From: a virus
IMG/VR virus record: IMGVR_UViG_3300037424_002455
Span: 1-42,893 of that record
Length of the DNA: 42,893 nt
Direction: 5' to 3' (one strand)
Part shown: positions 9,259-15,795 of the stretch, in pieces
Layout: the number at the start of each line of letters is the position of its first letter
Numbering within the stretch: the first letter of the stretch is position 1
Position numbers and translations under genes: made by a program
The notes under the pieces: generated by a model
What the model saw: only the letters and a program-made list of their open reading frames with translations
What the model was told of the DNA's origin: nothing
The model's database searches: none

Positions 9259-9679
9259 CAAACGTGATCGTAAATGGCGTCGTTGTTTTCGGCGGCACGA
9301 CATCCACCAACTTCATGTATTGTGATAAAGCGCTCGCCCACCCATCCACGTTTGCAACAAAGCCGTTCACACGAACGATCTTTTGGAAGTGGATCCAATT
9401 GGTAACCGGGTCAAGCTCCCCATACACCTTGTCGCCTAACCACAGATCTCCGATATCTTTATACGTCGTGCCAGGTCCATTCCTGAAGTTCAAACCATTG
9501 GCATAAATGACAGTGCCTTCTTTCATCGCAACACCTCCATCATCGGGAATCGGCTCATCCTCATCCGGGAGAGTAGCCCCGCCATACTTCAAAATAAATT
9601 GTTGCTGGGTCATATTCGAATGATTGATATCGATCTCAGCCTGTGTATCGATGAACTCGGTCAGACGGGAATTCACCAT
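9218..9679 (-). CDS. SH3b-like domain protein (possible cell-wall binding / lysis accessory)
   Basis: GLNFRNGPGTTYKDIGDLWLGDKVY resembles a bacterial SH3 domain. ATG start at 9679; the longer ORF begins with GTG. Confidence 0.5.
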   Translation of the reverse strand: MVNSRLTEFIDTQAEIDINHSNMTQQQFILKYGGATLPDEDEPIPDDGGVAMKEGTVIYANGLNFRNGPGTTYKDIGDLWLGDKVYGELDPVTNWIHFQKIVRVNGFVANVDGWASALSQYMKLVDVVPPKTTTPFTITFDGHKPFAGEAEKL

Positions 9680-9921
9680 GTCGTGTGTATCGCGGCTTTG
9701 CACCCGCGTCTGTTCGGTTTTGATAACTTGTATATTCCTGTCGTGAAGGAGAACGAGATCGCGCTCAACACAAGGATGTCATCGTTGGGACGCAGATAAC
9801 TAAGACCAAGTACACCTAAAATTCCAATGATGCCCACGAACAGTGCGGCTTGCACATAATTAGGCGATCTTGAAACATTCAGGGCGGGGGCTGGGGATGG
9901 TTGTTTATTCATATCAATCAT
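9673..9921 (-). CDS. Small membrane protein
   Basis: One clear TM segment (AALFVGIIGILGVLGLSYL). ATGA overlap with the upstream gene. Confidence 0.55.
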   Translation of the reverse strand: MIDMNKQPSPAPALNVSRSPNYVQAALFVGIIGILGVLGLSYLRPNDDILVLSAISFSFTTGIYKLSKPNRRGCKAAIHTTW

Positions 9922-10265
9922 TTTCTCTTGATCGGCTTTATCTTTGGCTCAGTGTCCAAAGGGTCGAACTTCGGAACGGCATAACCGTTGTTCAATAATT
10001 CCTTTTCCAAAGCCTCGGCATAAGTTCGCCAATTCCTCTTCTCCTTGCGCTCCTCTTCCAGCCTTTTCATCAACAGATCATTGCTGATCTGTGCCCCCTG
10101 CATATTTGATTCAGCCGCCTCCGCAATGGATTCGGCTTTCTCAGCCTTCATCTTGGCGACTTCCTGCGGAAGTTTGCGCATCGTCTGAAACAGCAAAACA
10201 CCGAAGTTCAAAAGCGAAAGAAAAGTTACACCGTAGAATTGAAGTCGTTCATTGTCAATGTCCAT
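9918..10265 (-). CDS. Membrane-anchored coiled-coil protein (spanin-like by architecture)
   Basis: Start at MDIDNERLQ. N-terminal TM followed by a charged coiled coil (KMKAEKAESIAEAAE...EEERKEKRNW). Confidence 0.5.
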   Translation of the reverse strand: MDIDNERLQFYGVTFLSLLNFGVLLFQTMRKLPQEVAKMKAEKAESIAEAAESNMQGAQISNDLLMKRLEEERKEKRNWRTYAEALEKELLNNGYAVPKFDPLDTEPKIKPIKRK

Positions 10266-10545
10266 GTTTCCATGACCTATACACATACAATAATGGCACT
10301 GCTTGAGATAGACAGAGCACGATGATGGACGCCCGTACCATGTACGAGCGGAGTTGGATGTCAACGATAATGAACGAAAATCCTGAATAGATCAGAAGTT
10401 GAACGACGAACGCACCAGCAAATATCTTCGCCAGGTCCCAGATCGGCACGGGATAACGGATCAACCAGACCGATGCCCACATCGCCCCCGCGAACGAGAT
10501 CGCCAGCGCCACTATAAATGCAGTCAGATCAAAAAAGAATTGCAT
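10255..10545 (-). CDS. Multi-TM small membrane protein (holin-like)
   Basis: Start at MQFFFDLTAF. 96 aa with three hydrophobic segments. Confidence 0.55.
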   Translation of the reverse strand: MQFFFDLTAFIVALAISFAGAMWASVWLIRYPVPIWDLAKIFAGAFVVQLLIYSGFSFIIVDIQLRSYMVRASIIVLCLSQAVPLLYVYRSWKHGH

Positions 10546-10554
10546 GGTTATGTA

Positions 10555-10575
10555 GGGGCGGGGTCTCCCCGCCCC
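10555..10575. other. GC stem-loop between the two holin-like genes
   Basis: ggggcgggg tct ccccgcccc: 9-bp perfect stem, no U-tract. Confidence 0.6.
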
Positions 10576-10588
10576 CATACCAATCCAA

Positions 10589-10786
10589 CTATTTATTCTT
10601 CCTGGCACGGTTCGCAAGAAAGCTCTTGACAGGTGCGCCCACAACTTCAACACCCAGCTTCAACAGAACGTAGACCAGGAAGGCAAGCAACACTTCTGCC
10701 GAGATGGGGAAATCGGGAAAGAACTGTGTGATCAAGCCATACACCAACGCCAAAAAAAGAGCCAACAGGGAATATTCAACTTTCAT
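10589..10786 (-). CDS. Holin-like protein (two TM segments, basic C-terminus)
   Basis: 65 aa with an AAAGGAG RBS. First gene after the late terminator. Confidence 0.6.
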   Translation of the reverse strand: MKVEYSLLALFLALVYGLITQFFPDFPISAEVLLAFLVYVLLKLGVEVVGAPVKSFLANRARKNK

Positions 10787-10809
10787 TTCAAATCTCCTTT
10801 TTGATAATC

Positions 10810-10837
10810 GCTCATAGCTATCAGCTAAAAGCTACTT
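10810..10837. repeat. Tandem heptanucleotide array (GCTNNNN x4)
   Basis: gctcata gctatca gctaaaa gctactt read directly. Confidence 0.8.
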
Positions 10838-10873
10838 AAACGCAAAACGCCCGATGTCAAAAGACATCGGGCG
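10836..10873 (-). terminator. Rho-independent terminator (minus strand)
   Basis: RNA reads CGCCCGAUGUC-UUUU-GACAUCGGGCG followed by UUUUGCGUUUAA: 11-bp stem, 4-nt loop, U-tract. Confidence 0.75.
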
Positions 10874-10929
10874 CTACACGACAAGCCATCTGCCACACAA
10901 GGCAGTTTGCGCTTCTTTACCTGCCCTGA

Positions 10930-10958
10930 ATTTTAAATCCCCTCATCGCGATTGTCAA
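10930..10958 (-). promoter_or_regulatory. Near-consensus sigma70-type promoter (candidate late promoter)
   Basis: On the minus strand: cccTTGACA, 17 nt, TAAAAT. About 50-85 nt upstream of the terminator at 10836-10873. Confidence 0.6.
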
Positions 10959-10982
10959 GGGTACTTGACGCGCCCCCTAACA

Positions 10983-11003
10983 GCTAAAAGCCAACAGCTA
11001 AAA
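10983..11003. repeat. Heptanucleotide array, left half (interrupted by the IS-like insertion)
   Basis: gctaaaa gccaaca gctaaaa. Phase continues at 12034 once the insertion and one TSD copy are removed. Confidence 0.8.
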
Positions 11004-11012
11004 GATAGGGAC

Positions 11013-11264
11013 TTATATACATGTCTCTTTATCAAGACCAATCGGACTATGCTCAAAGATAGTGCCAACCTTGACACTAAATTGTTTCTTGCAGGTTTTG
11101 CATTTCCACGTTTTGCGGGTGGTGAGATATGAGTGCTCAGTCCCCTTGCAGTTTGGGCATACAACACCATCAGACCAACGCATATCAACGAGGTATTGAT
11201 GAGCGATGTCTTTATCTGCAAAAAACACGATTGCTTGCTGGAGTGTCTGCGGTTTGGATGTCAT
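11013..11264 (-). pseudogene. Truncated IS1595-type transposase (N-terminal zinc-ribbon domain only)
   Basis: CPNCKGTEHSYLTTRKTWKCKTCKKQFSVKVGTIFEHSPIGLDK matches the ISXO2/IS1595 N-terminal Zn-ribbon pattern. The ORF runs straight into the left IR (..ETCI stop). No DDE domain. Confidence 0.7.
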
Positions 11265-11266
11265 AG

Positions 11267-11548
11267 TTAGGCTTTCTTTGTTTTGGGGCGTCCGCCAAGT
11301 TTGCCGTTGTTGGCAGACGATTGAGCTTTTCGAGTGGACTTGATCGAGCCGAGGGCAGCGCCTGCACGTCGTGCATCAAGCCATTTACCATCAAGGGCAT
11401 TTTGTACAGCCTCAATATCAGCAAGGATGCTGTGATTGTTTGTAACAAGTTCCGCTCTGCCATCGGTGGACATCCTGTTGAGCATTATGCGGGCGTCGGT
11501 CATGGCTTGGGTGGCTTTGAGCAACAGTTGAGTATCTTTTGTGTTCAT
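11267..11548 (-). CDS. Hypothetical passenger protein with a basic GGRPK C-terminal tail
   Basis: Start at MNTKDTQLL with a GGAG RBS. 93 aa, ending ...NNGKLGGRPKTKKA. Confidence 0.6.
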   Translation of the reverse strand: MNTKDTQLLLKATQAMTDARIMLNRMSTDGRAELVTNNHSILADIEAVQNALDGKWLDARRAGAALGSIKSTRKAQSSANNGKLGGRPKTKKA

Positions 11549-11599
11549 GATTTTCTCCAAGTAGAGAGGGGGGGCTTTCGCCCTCCCCAATCTAGTTGT

Positions 11600-11878
11600 T
11601 TATCCGTATCTATTCCTGAGCCAGTCCACATCAATATGATCGCCGTCGTTGTCGATAATCACGTGGCTAAACTCGCTCTCTCGGTCATGGATTTCCAAAG
11701 CCTCTTCGGGGGTCTCGCACGTGTAGTAGAGATTGTTACCGTAGTAGGCGGCGAGCACGATTGCGTATTTGTGCCCATCAGGAAAAATGATGTCCCGGTC
11801 AAAGTGCTCGCTTGCAGTATCGTGGATGGTTCCAGTGCCTGACATTTTTGCTTCGATTGTTACCGTTGTTTCGCTCAT
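11600..11878 (-). CDS. Hypothetical passenger protein
   Basis: Start at MSETTVTIE with an AAAGGAG RBS. 92 aa, acidic. Confidence 0.6.
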   Translation of the reverse strand: MSETTVTIEAKMSGTGTIHDTASEHFDRDIIFPDGHKYAIVLAAYYGNNLYYTCETPEEALEIHDRESEFSHVIIDNDGDHIDVDWLRNRYG

Positions 11879-11928
11879 TTCGATCTCCTTTTTGATTTTG
11901 TTGATACCTCGTACCAACTTATACCACT

Positions 11929-11958
11929 ATAATAACCTAACGTTAGGTTATTGTCAAG
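11929..11958 (-). promoter_or_regulatory. Near-consensus promoter with a 22-bp perfect palindromic operator inside the IS-like element
   Basis: On the minus strand: cccTTGACA, 18 nt, TATTAT. The spacer is the palindrome aataacctaacgttaggttatt (11931-11952). Confidence 0.6.
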
Positions 11959-12033
11959 GGTTGGAGAACACCAGTTTTTATGCCAATTTAGGAGGCTCAG
12001 GTGAGATATGTATATAAGTCCCAAAAGATAATA

Positions 12034-12054
12034 GCTAATCGCTAATAGCTAAAA
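12034..12054. repeat. Heptanucleotide array, right half
   Basis: gctaatc gctaata gctaaaa read directly. Confidence 0.8.
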
Positions 12055-12863
12055 GCCCTCACCACCACCGGCACCCACATCAACACCACAACCCCCAACA
12101 ACTCCAACGGACTATCCAACAAATACACCAACACCGCGCTCCACGTAAACTGCAACACATACGGAGCCAGCAACGGGCTCGAAGCCATCGCCAGCCGCGC
12201 ATTCCCCTTGCGGATCGCCCTCACCAAAACCACCCACCCCAACGCCATCCCATACCACCCCAGGCTCGTATTATCAACGCTCCACGCCAAAGTCTGCCCG
12301 AAGCGCAAAACCCAAACCCCATACACAACAAAAGAAACCAGCGTCAAAACCGTCACCGGCAAAAACGTCCTCACCATCGCCCAAAACCCCCGCTCGTTCC
12401 AGATACACACAAACCAGAAAACACCCAACCCAACCCCCACCTGAGGCTTCACCGCCAGCAAGACCAACCCCCACTGCGGCGGCAGCACCAACCCCAACAA
12501 CGGCATCCACTCGATATTCCCATTATTCAAACAACCTACCACAGCCGCCGAACACAAGAACAACACCAGCGTCCACCGCCTCGCCCCCAACTGAAAAGCC
12601 GTAAACGCAAACGCACACAACCCCACCACGAACATCCCAGCCCGCCCCACCTCCAACGGCAACAAAGCCAGCGGCACCAACGGCAACACCGCCCACGGAG
12701 CCGCATAATAGATCTCCACCGAAAACGGGCTCTCACCACTCCACACAGCCAGAGCCGCAGGTCGATACGTATTCTGCCAGTCCACCCCCACCGGCAAAAC
12801 GAACACCATCGCAACAAAAGCGATAATGAAAAGTACCACCAAAACGACCTGCTTCACGCCCAT
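12042..12863 (-). CDS. Polytopic membrane protein, DUF2029 / GT-C-like glycosyltransferase (putative)
   Basis: 273 aa with about 8 TM segments. The N-terminal pattern DWQNTYRPAALAVWSGESPF...YYAAPWAVLPLVPL and ...LLAVKPQVG resemble the GT87/DUF2029 family. Confidence 0.55.
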   Translation of the reverse strand: MGVKQVVLVVLFIIAFVAMVFVLPVGVDWQNTYRPAALAVWSGESPFSVEIYYAAPWAVLPLVPLALLPLEVGRAGMFVVGLCAFAFTAFQLGARRWTLVLFLCSAAVVGCLNNGNIEWMPLLGLVLPPQWGLVLLAVKPQVGVGLGVFWFVCIWNERGFWAMVRTFLPVTVLTLVSFVVYGVWVLRFGQTLAWSVDNTSLGWYGMALGWVVLVRAIRKGNARLAMASSPLLAPYVLQFTWSAVLVYLLDSPLELLGVVVLMWVPVVVRAFSY

Positions 12864-13204
12864 TAGATTCTCGCCCGGTTAGCCTTTCTCTGCACCTTCC
12901 GCACGCGACCCTTCGCCACCCGAGCCTGCAACTGCACCAACTGCTCCTGCCTCAGCCCCAATATCAACTCTGCCAACGCCTCAACGCTGATATCCCAGAA
13001 AGACACATGATCACAACTCTCACAACGGATCGACACCTGCCCGATCAGCGGACCGAACACCTCCACCTCCGCAGGCACATCATTGCTCATATCGATCGAA
13101 TGTCTCAACATCATCAACGTCGGGCTATCCTGCTGATTCCATCGGATCATCCCCAACACCGCACCACACCTCTTATTCTGACAACGCCATTGCTTCTCTC
13201 TCAT
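12863..13204 (-). CDS. Zinc-ribbon protein, hypothetical
   Basis: Start at MREKQWRCQNKRCG with ATGA overlap. Second Cys pair at CESCDH. Confidence 0.5.
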   Translation of the reverse strand: MREKQWRCQNKRCGAVLGMIRWNQQDSPTLMMLRHSIDMSNDVPAEVEVFGPLIGQVSIRCESCDHVSFWDISVEALAELILGLRQEQLVQLQARVAKGRVRKVQRKANRARI

Positions 13205-13686
13205 GATATGCCTCCAACCAAAACACACCGATCCAAAGCCCAATCCGCCTCCAACAACACCAACCCCTCTCCCCCCATCGCGCTAACAGCTAACTGCTGA
13301 CCGCTAATCGCTTCCCTCGGCAACCTCCTCATAAACACATACCCCGCCCTCCGATGCGTCTGCACAAAAAACCACTCAGCCAAAAACTCGATCACCTCAC
13401 TCACCCGAAACCCCTCCTCCGGCACCAACCGCCAAACCGCCAGCCTGCGAAACTTCCCCTCGCGACAAGCCGCAAACGGAAACTCCACCACCTCCCGCAC
13501 CGGATACACCACCTCCCCATAAAACAAACCCAGCGCGGACGTGGGATAACACCTCACAACCTCCAACCCACGCGCCGCCCCCGGCAAAAACCGCCGCATC
13601 CGCGCCACACTCACCGGAGCATCCGAAACCACCCTCACCTCCCGCATCCCATCCTCACTGATCGAATTACGAACTATCTCTTCCAT
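13201..13686 (-). CDS. Hypothetical protein
   Basis: 161 aa, ATG start, coupled to its neighbours. Contains an in-frame heptamer array (AISGQQLAVSA). Confidence 0.5.
   Translation of the reverse strand: MEEIVRNSISEDGMREVRVVSDAPVSVARMRRFLPGAARGLEVVRCYPTSALGLFYGEVVYPVREVVEFPFAACREGKFRRLAVWRLVPEEGFRVSEVIEFLAEWFFVQTHRRAGYVFMRRLPREAISGQQLAVSAMGGEGLVLLEADWALDRCVLVGGIS
13282..13316. repeat. Tandem heptanucleotide array (GCTNANN x5) inside a coding region
   Basis: gctaaca gctaact gctgacc gctaatc gcttccc read directly. Confidence 0.8.
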
Positions 13687-14303
13687 CGTGGCACCCTCTC
13701 CCTCGGCTCAAGCCACCCCAACCCAAGCAGGTTCAGAAAATCGATCTCCTCCGGCATCGGAAGATGGTTCACATCAGTCAACAGCTTCAACGCCTTTGCC
13801 TGGTCATCAGGGACTTCATTCTTCTTGATATCCATATCGACCCAAACCACCTGATGCTTCACAAAATAACCATCCGGCAATGCGCCGCCATACCTCCTCT
13901 GCGTGACACACCAGTGACCGAACTCCTTCGGACCCGTGCGGATCACCATCTGCACCCCCCAATGCGAAGGCGGGATGTTGATGAACAGATCCACCCAGAT
14001 CCCCGCATACTTCAAATACAACTTCTTGAAGCGGTCTCCATTCATCTTCACATCGATGTCCCCTGATACCTTCATATCCGAAACCATCTTATCCAGCAGA
14101 GTCTTATGGCTCTTCGGGATTGGCTTCCCAAACTCCAATCTTGGCGCAGGCATAGGCGAAAGGTCAGGCACACAAACGATCTCAATATCCTTCACCTCAG
14201 GCTTCGAGCGCCGCATCGAACCCGCGATCTCGATCCGCACGCACGCCGGTCGCAAATGCTCCACCAAAGCTTCAGTAGTCTTCAAAGCAACATCAAGTTT
14301 CAT
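13674..14303 (-). CDS. Minimal PolX-like (Pol beta superfamily) nucleotidyltransferase / DNA polymerase
   Basis: IAGSMRRSKPEVKDIEIVCV plus WVDLF plus TGPKEF...LGLGWLEPRER are collinear with ASFV Pol X / Pol beta palm-thumb motifs as I recall them. GGAGG RBS. Confidence 0.6.
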   Translation of the reverse strand: MKLDVALKTTEALVEHLRPACVRIEIAGSMRRSKPEVKDIEIVCVPDLSPMPAPRLEFGKPIPKSHKTLLDKMVSDMKVSGDIDVKMNGDRFKKLYLKYAGIWVDLFINIPPSHWGVQMVIRTGPKEFGHWCVTQRRYGGALPDGYFVKHQVVWVDMDIKKNEVPDDQAKALKLLTDVNHLPMPEEIDFLNLLGLGWLEPRERVPRWKR

Positions 14304-14724
14304 GATGTACCTCCACGTGTTCCCCTCTCCCATCGGGAGAGGGGTTAGGGGTAAGGGAAACATCCCTCCAATAAATCATCTCCAACTCAAACTCCAACAC
14401 CTCAGGCGGATACAGCTTGAAAAACTCGAAAAACTCCATGTGATTGGAAAACCCATCCCGCACCGCCAAACGCAAAGTCTCATCCAAAGACAACATCCTG
14501 CCATTCAAAACCACCCGCCCCAACTTCGGATAGATCTTCACCGGAACCACAGACGTACAAACCGCATCCATGATCAACCTGCACTTCTTCGTCCGCATTC
14601 CCGTATACAGCCAAAGCAATTGACCAGGCTTAGTCGGGTTCTTCCTCATCCTGCGGATCGTATGCACCTTCGCCCCCTCCTCGATCAACTTCACAAACTG
14701 CACCTTAAAACTATAAGCTGGCAT
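14293..14724 (-). CDS. ASCH-domain-like protein
   Basis: N-terminal FKVQFVKLIEEGAKVHTIRR fits the ASCH/PUA-like pattern. The C-terminus reads through GC hairpin element copy 2. Confidence 0.5.
   Translation of the reverse strand: MPAYSFKVQFVKLIEEGAKVHTIRRMRKNPTKPGQLLWLYTGMRTKKCRLIMDAVCTSVVPVKIYPKLGRVVLNGRMLSLDETLRLAVRDGFSNHMEFFEFFKLYPPEVLEFELEMIYWRDVSLTPNPSPDGRGEHVEVHHET
14322..14357. repeat. GC hairpin element copy 2
   Basis: cccctctccc atc gggagagggg ttaggggtaaggg read directly. Confidence 0.85.
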
Positions 14725-14733
14725 AATGAACCT

Positions 14734-15252
14734 CTACCCCTTCGCACTCTTCATGGCTTCATCATAGGCAACTCGCAGGCGTTTGAAATCTTCCTCGTCG
14801 CCGCCAGAATCAGGATGATGAACCTTCGATAAAGCCCGGAACGCATTGCGAATATCAGCCTTCTTCGCAGTGGGATGCACACCCATCACTTGCCACCACA
14901 GTTGTTTTCCACTACCCAATAACAAAGCTGTGTCATCAGGCGTAGCTAGAAACCCGCCGAAGATGGTGTTGAACTCCTGATCGAAATTCGTCTCACTCAT
15001 ATCAACCCCATAAAGTTCAAGCGCACGATAGAGATAATCAATCTGCAAACCGATTGCTCGCAAATTATCGATTGATTCATCCCATCGTTTACACTCTCGG
15101 ATATATCGCATCCCAGCCCGATCAAATATCACCTTCACACCTCCGCCCATTACATCCTGCTCAATGCGTAAAGACGTTGCGCCGATATTTGTCATCACTC
15201 GTTGCAAATCTTTCACCGTTGATTGTTGTGTTGCCGTAAATCTTCTAGCCAT
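14734..15252 (-). CDS. J-domain (DnaJ-like) protein
   Basis: C-terminal WWQVMGVHPTAKKADIRNAFRALSKVHHPDSGGDEEDFKRLRVAYDEA contains the HPD motif. GAAAGGAG RBS. Confidence 0.75.
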   Translation of the reverse strand: MARRFTATQQSTVKDLQRVMTNIGATSLRIEQDVMGGGVKVIFDRAGMRYIRECKRWDESIDNLRAIGLQIDYLYRALELYGVDMSETNFDQEFNTIFGGFLATPDDTALLLGSGKQLWWQVMGVHPTAKKADIRNAFRALSKVHHPDSGGDEEDFKRLRVAYDEAMKSAKG

Positions 15253-15265
15253 CTCAAACTCCTTT

Positions 15266-15328
15266 CACTGATAACTTCTAACTGATCACTGATCACTTTT
15301 CACTCATCATTCAACACTCATCACTTAC
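15266..15328. repeat. Tandem heptanucleotide array (CACTNAT-type x9), intergenic
   Basis: cactgat aacttct aactgat cactgat cactttt cactcat cattcaa cactcat cacttac read directly. Confidence 0.85.
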
Positions 15329-15447
15329 AACTACTCCCCTCCCCCACACGTGAGGGCTGCCCATCCAAACCACCTGTCCGAACGCACGCAAAATACTTGG
15401 CGGTTAAGAATAGGTTTTCATTCTTGACGGTTAAGAATTCAACCTGC

Positions 15448-15497
15448 TCCCCTCTCCCAGCGGGAGAGGCTGCCGAAGGCGTGGGGGTGAGGGAGAG
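15448..15497. repeat. GC hairpin element copy 3 (variant)
   Basis: tcccctctccc agc gggagagg ctgccgaaggcgtgggggtgagggagag. Intergenic. Confidence 0.8.
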
Positions 15498-15501
15498 AAC
15501 C

Positions 15502-15795
15502 CTACTCCACCACAAAGTTCGCCATGATATCCTTCGCCGCCTCCACCTGCTTCGCCAGCTCACTGTCATCCACACTCATCGCCTCGATCAACCCGCCCCC
15601 GATCAAGCGTGCGATCACAGAAGGGAACTTTTTCCGTGGTGGCAGTCCATTCAACCACGCCAGAACCTTATCCACCTCCGGGTCCACGCCTGGCTTCAAA
15701 TACCCATCCAACCGCACCCGCACCGACTGCACTGCATCCTTACGTCTCGCCATCACCAGCTCCAAATTCTGCACTCTGCATTTTGCATCCTGCAT
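15502..15795 (-). CDS. ParR-like adaptor (putative, by position downstream of parM)
   Basis: 97 aa. ATG follows the parM stop directly (TAAATG). The beta-helix-helix start (QSVRVRLDGY...) is compatible with a ribbon-helix-helix fold. Confidence 0.4.
   Translation of the reverse strand: MQDAKCRVQNLELVMARRKDAVQSVRVRLDGYLKPGVDPEVDKVLAWLNGLPPRKKFPSVIARLIGGGLIEAMSVDDSELAKQVEAAKDIMANFVVE

Larger units (their letters stand above)
11008..12022. mobile_element. IS1595-family-like non-autonomous element (1,015 bp) with 20-bp terminal IRs and an 8-bp target-site duplication
   Basis: gggacttatatacatgtctc (11008-11027) versus the reverse complement of 12003-12022 matches 19/20. Flanked by aaaagata at 11000-11007 and 12023-12030. 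Carries a truncated Zn-ribbon transposase. Confidence 0.8.

Noticed and set aside
8280-9679. The shared DGHKP motif (TITFDGHKPFAG at the end of ORF 9218-9679, ILNLDGHKPLTG at the start of ORF 8280-9014) as evidence of a split endolysin gene
   Set aside because: The match covers only about 8 residues and no catalytic lysin motif is recognisable in either ORF. No endolysin could be confidently identified in this genome from sequence alone.
10854-11132. Plus-strand 92-aa ORF crossing the left end of the IS-like element
   Set aside because: It spans the insertion boundary, the terminator and the promoter, and is antisense to the transposase remnant. It has no RBS.
5965-15328. Heptanucleotide arrays as possible CRISPR-like arrays
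   Set aside because: The units are 7 nt and directly tandem with no spacers. No cas genes are present and there are no repeats of CRISPR length anywhere in the window.
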